From positions 230,259 to 250,258 of the forward strand of contig JAHLWR010000002.1 in NCBI GenBank assembly GCA_019057815.1: a DNA stretch of 20,000 bases, in the 5' to 3' direction. Shown in pieces: positions 19,411 to 20,000 of the stretch. The notes beneath the pieces are model-generated. The model made no database searches. It was not told where the DNA came from and saw nothing but the letters and a program-made list of their open reading frames with translations. The stretch's first letter is position 1. Each line of letters opens with the position of its first letter. This DNA comes from Candidatus Heimdallarchaeota archaeon. GTDB lineage: Archaea > Asgardarchaeota > Heimdallarchaeia > Heimdallarchaeales > Heimdallarchaeaceae. Both the position numbers and the translations under genes were made by a program.

Positions 19411-19785
19411 ATGCATAAGTGTTTAGTGAACTTACCACAGGTACTTGATTCAGGTGGTAAATGTGCTATTTTTGAATGTCTGTTTGGCATAAAATCATTA
19501 GGTGTAGAAATCTATTTCTATGTCTTAAAACAAGATCGAACAATCAAAGAAATTGCTACCAAAGTGAAACGAGACCGAACTACAGCATTAAGGTTATTAC
19601 AGAAACTTATGAACCAAAATTTAATTTTAAGGAAAACTGAAATGCTTTCTCAAGGCGGTATTAGACACATTTATTCAGCTACACCTCAAGAAAGCATTAA
19701 AGAGAGGCTTCAAGAAACGATTAACGATATTGAAATAGCTGTAGAACATCTAGTAAAAAGGGATTGGAAAGGGTTGTCTGATTAA
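19411..19785 (+). CDS. TrmB/winged-HTH transcriptional regulator
   Basis: ORF track gives 19381..19785; ATG at 19411 proposed as the more likely start. FECLFGIKSLGVEIYFYVLKQDRTIKEIATKVKRDRTTALRLLQKLMNQNLILRKTE...GGIRHIYSATPQESIKERLQE matches the archaeal TrmB-like HTH pattern. Confidence 0.8.
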   Translation: MHKCLVNLPQVLDSGGKCAIFECLFGIKSLGVEIYFYVLKQDRTIKEIATKVKRDRTTALRLLQKLMNQNLILRKTEMLSQGGIRHIYSATPQESIKERLQETINDIEIAVEHLVKRDWKGLSD

Positions 19786-19794
19786 AGCTTAGTG

Positions 19795-20000
19795 TCAGAA
19801 ATCGAATTCCTCAAGATCATCCAATGATCCAGATAAATCATCGGTTAACTTTCGTTTTTTCTTGTCTTTTCTCCCAGCTACTTTAGATGACAATTCTGAC
19901 ACGAATTCAGTAGTCATCTCTGTTTCAGTAGTTATCTCTGTTTCAGAAGGTTCTTCGATTGTCAAATCTGGAGCACTAACGCTTTCCGAGGGTAGACTTT
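19795..20000 (-). CDS. Hypothetical protein, C-terminal part only
   Basis: Reverse-strand open frame ending SLPSESVSAPDLTIEEPSETEITTETEMTTEFVSELSSKVAGRKDKKKRKLTDDLSGSLDDLEEFDF*; open to the window edge, low complexity. Confidence 0.5.
   Translation of the reverse strand, partial: SLPSESVSAPDLTIEEPSETEITTETEMTTEFVSELSSKVAGRKDKKKRKLTDDLSGSLDDLEEFDF

Overview
AT-rich, probably archaeal (possibly Asgard-like; inference only) chromosomal window. Left part, minus strand: membrane-arm genes of a complex-I/Fpo-like or group-4-hydrogenase-related complex in transcription order H-A-J-K-L (L runs off the left edge), preceded by hypE and hypF ([NiFe]-hydrogenase maturation). Middle: a VIT1/CCC1-family transporter, a tRNA-Ser(GCT) whose D-loop region is 40 nt long (possible non-canonical intron), a small DUF5752-like protein, an OB-fold plus winged-helix RPA32-like protein, a MiaB/CDKAL1-type methylthiotransferase, and an internally deleted carbamate kinase remnant. 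Right part: a gyrB-gyrA-ATPase cluster in which the third gene encodes an SMC/Rad50-like ABC ATPase with an internal four-cysteine zinc-ribbon-like module and a C-terminal PCNA-binding (PIP)-like motif. It is followed by a thioredoxin gene and a divergent TrmB-type HTH regulator gene that share a region with four TATGTG(C) half-sites. The strongest candidates for something new are the gyrase-linked zinc-ribbon ATPase, the tRNA-Ser insertion, the regulator/thioredoxin operator, the carbamate kinase remnant, and unusual residues in GyrB and the NuoK-like protein. No CRISPR array, rRNA or transposase was seen. All family calls are by-eye motif recognition; no searches were run.
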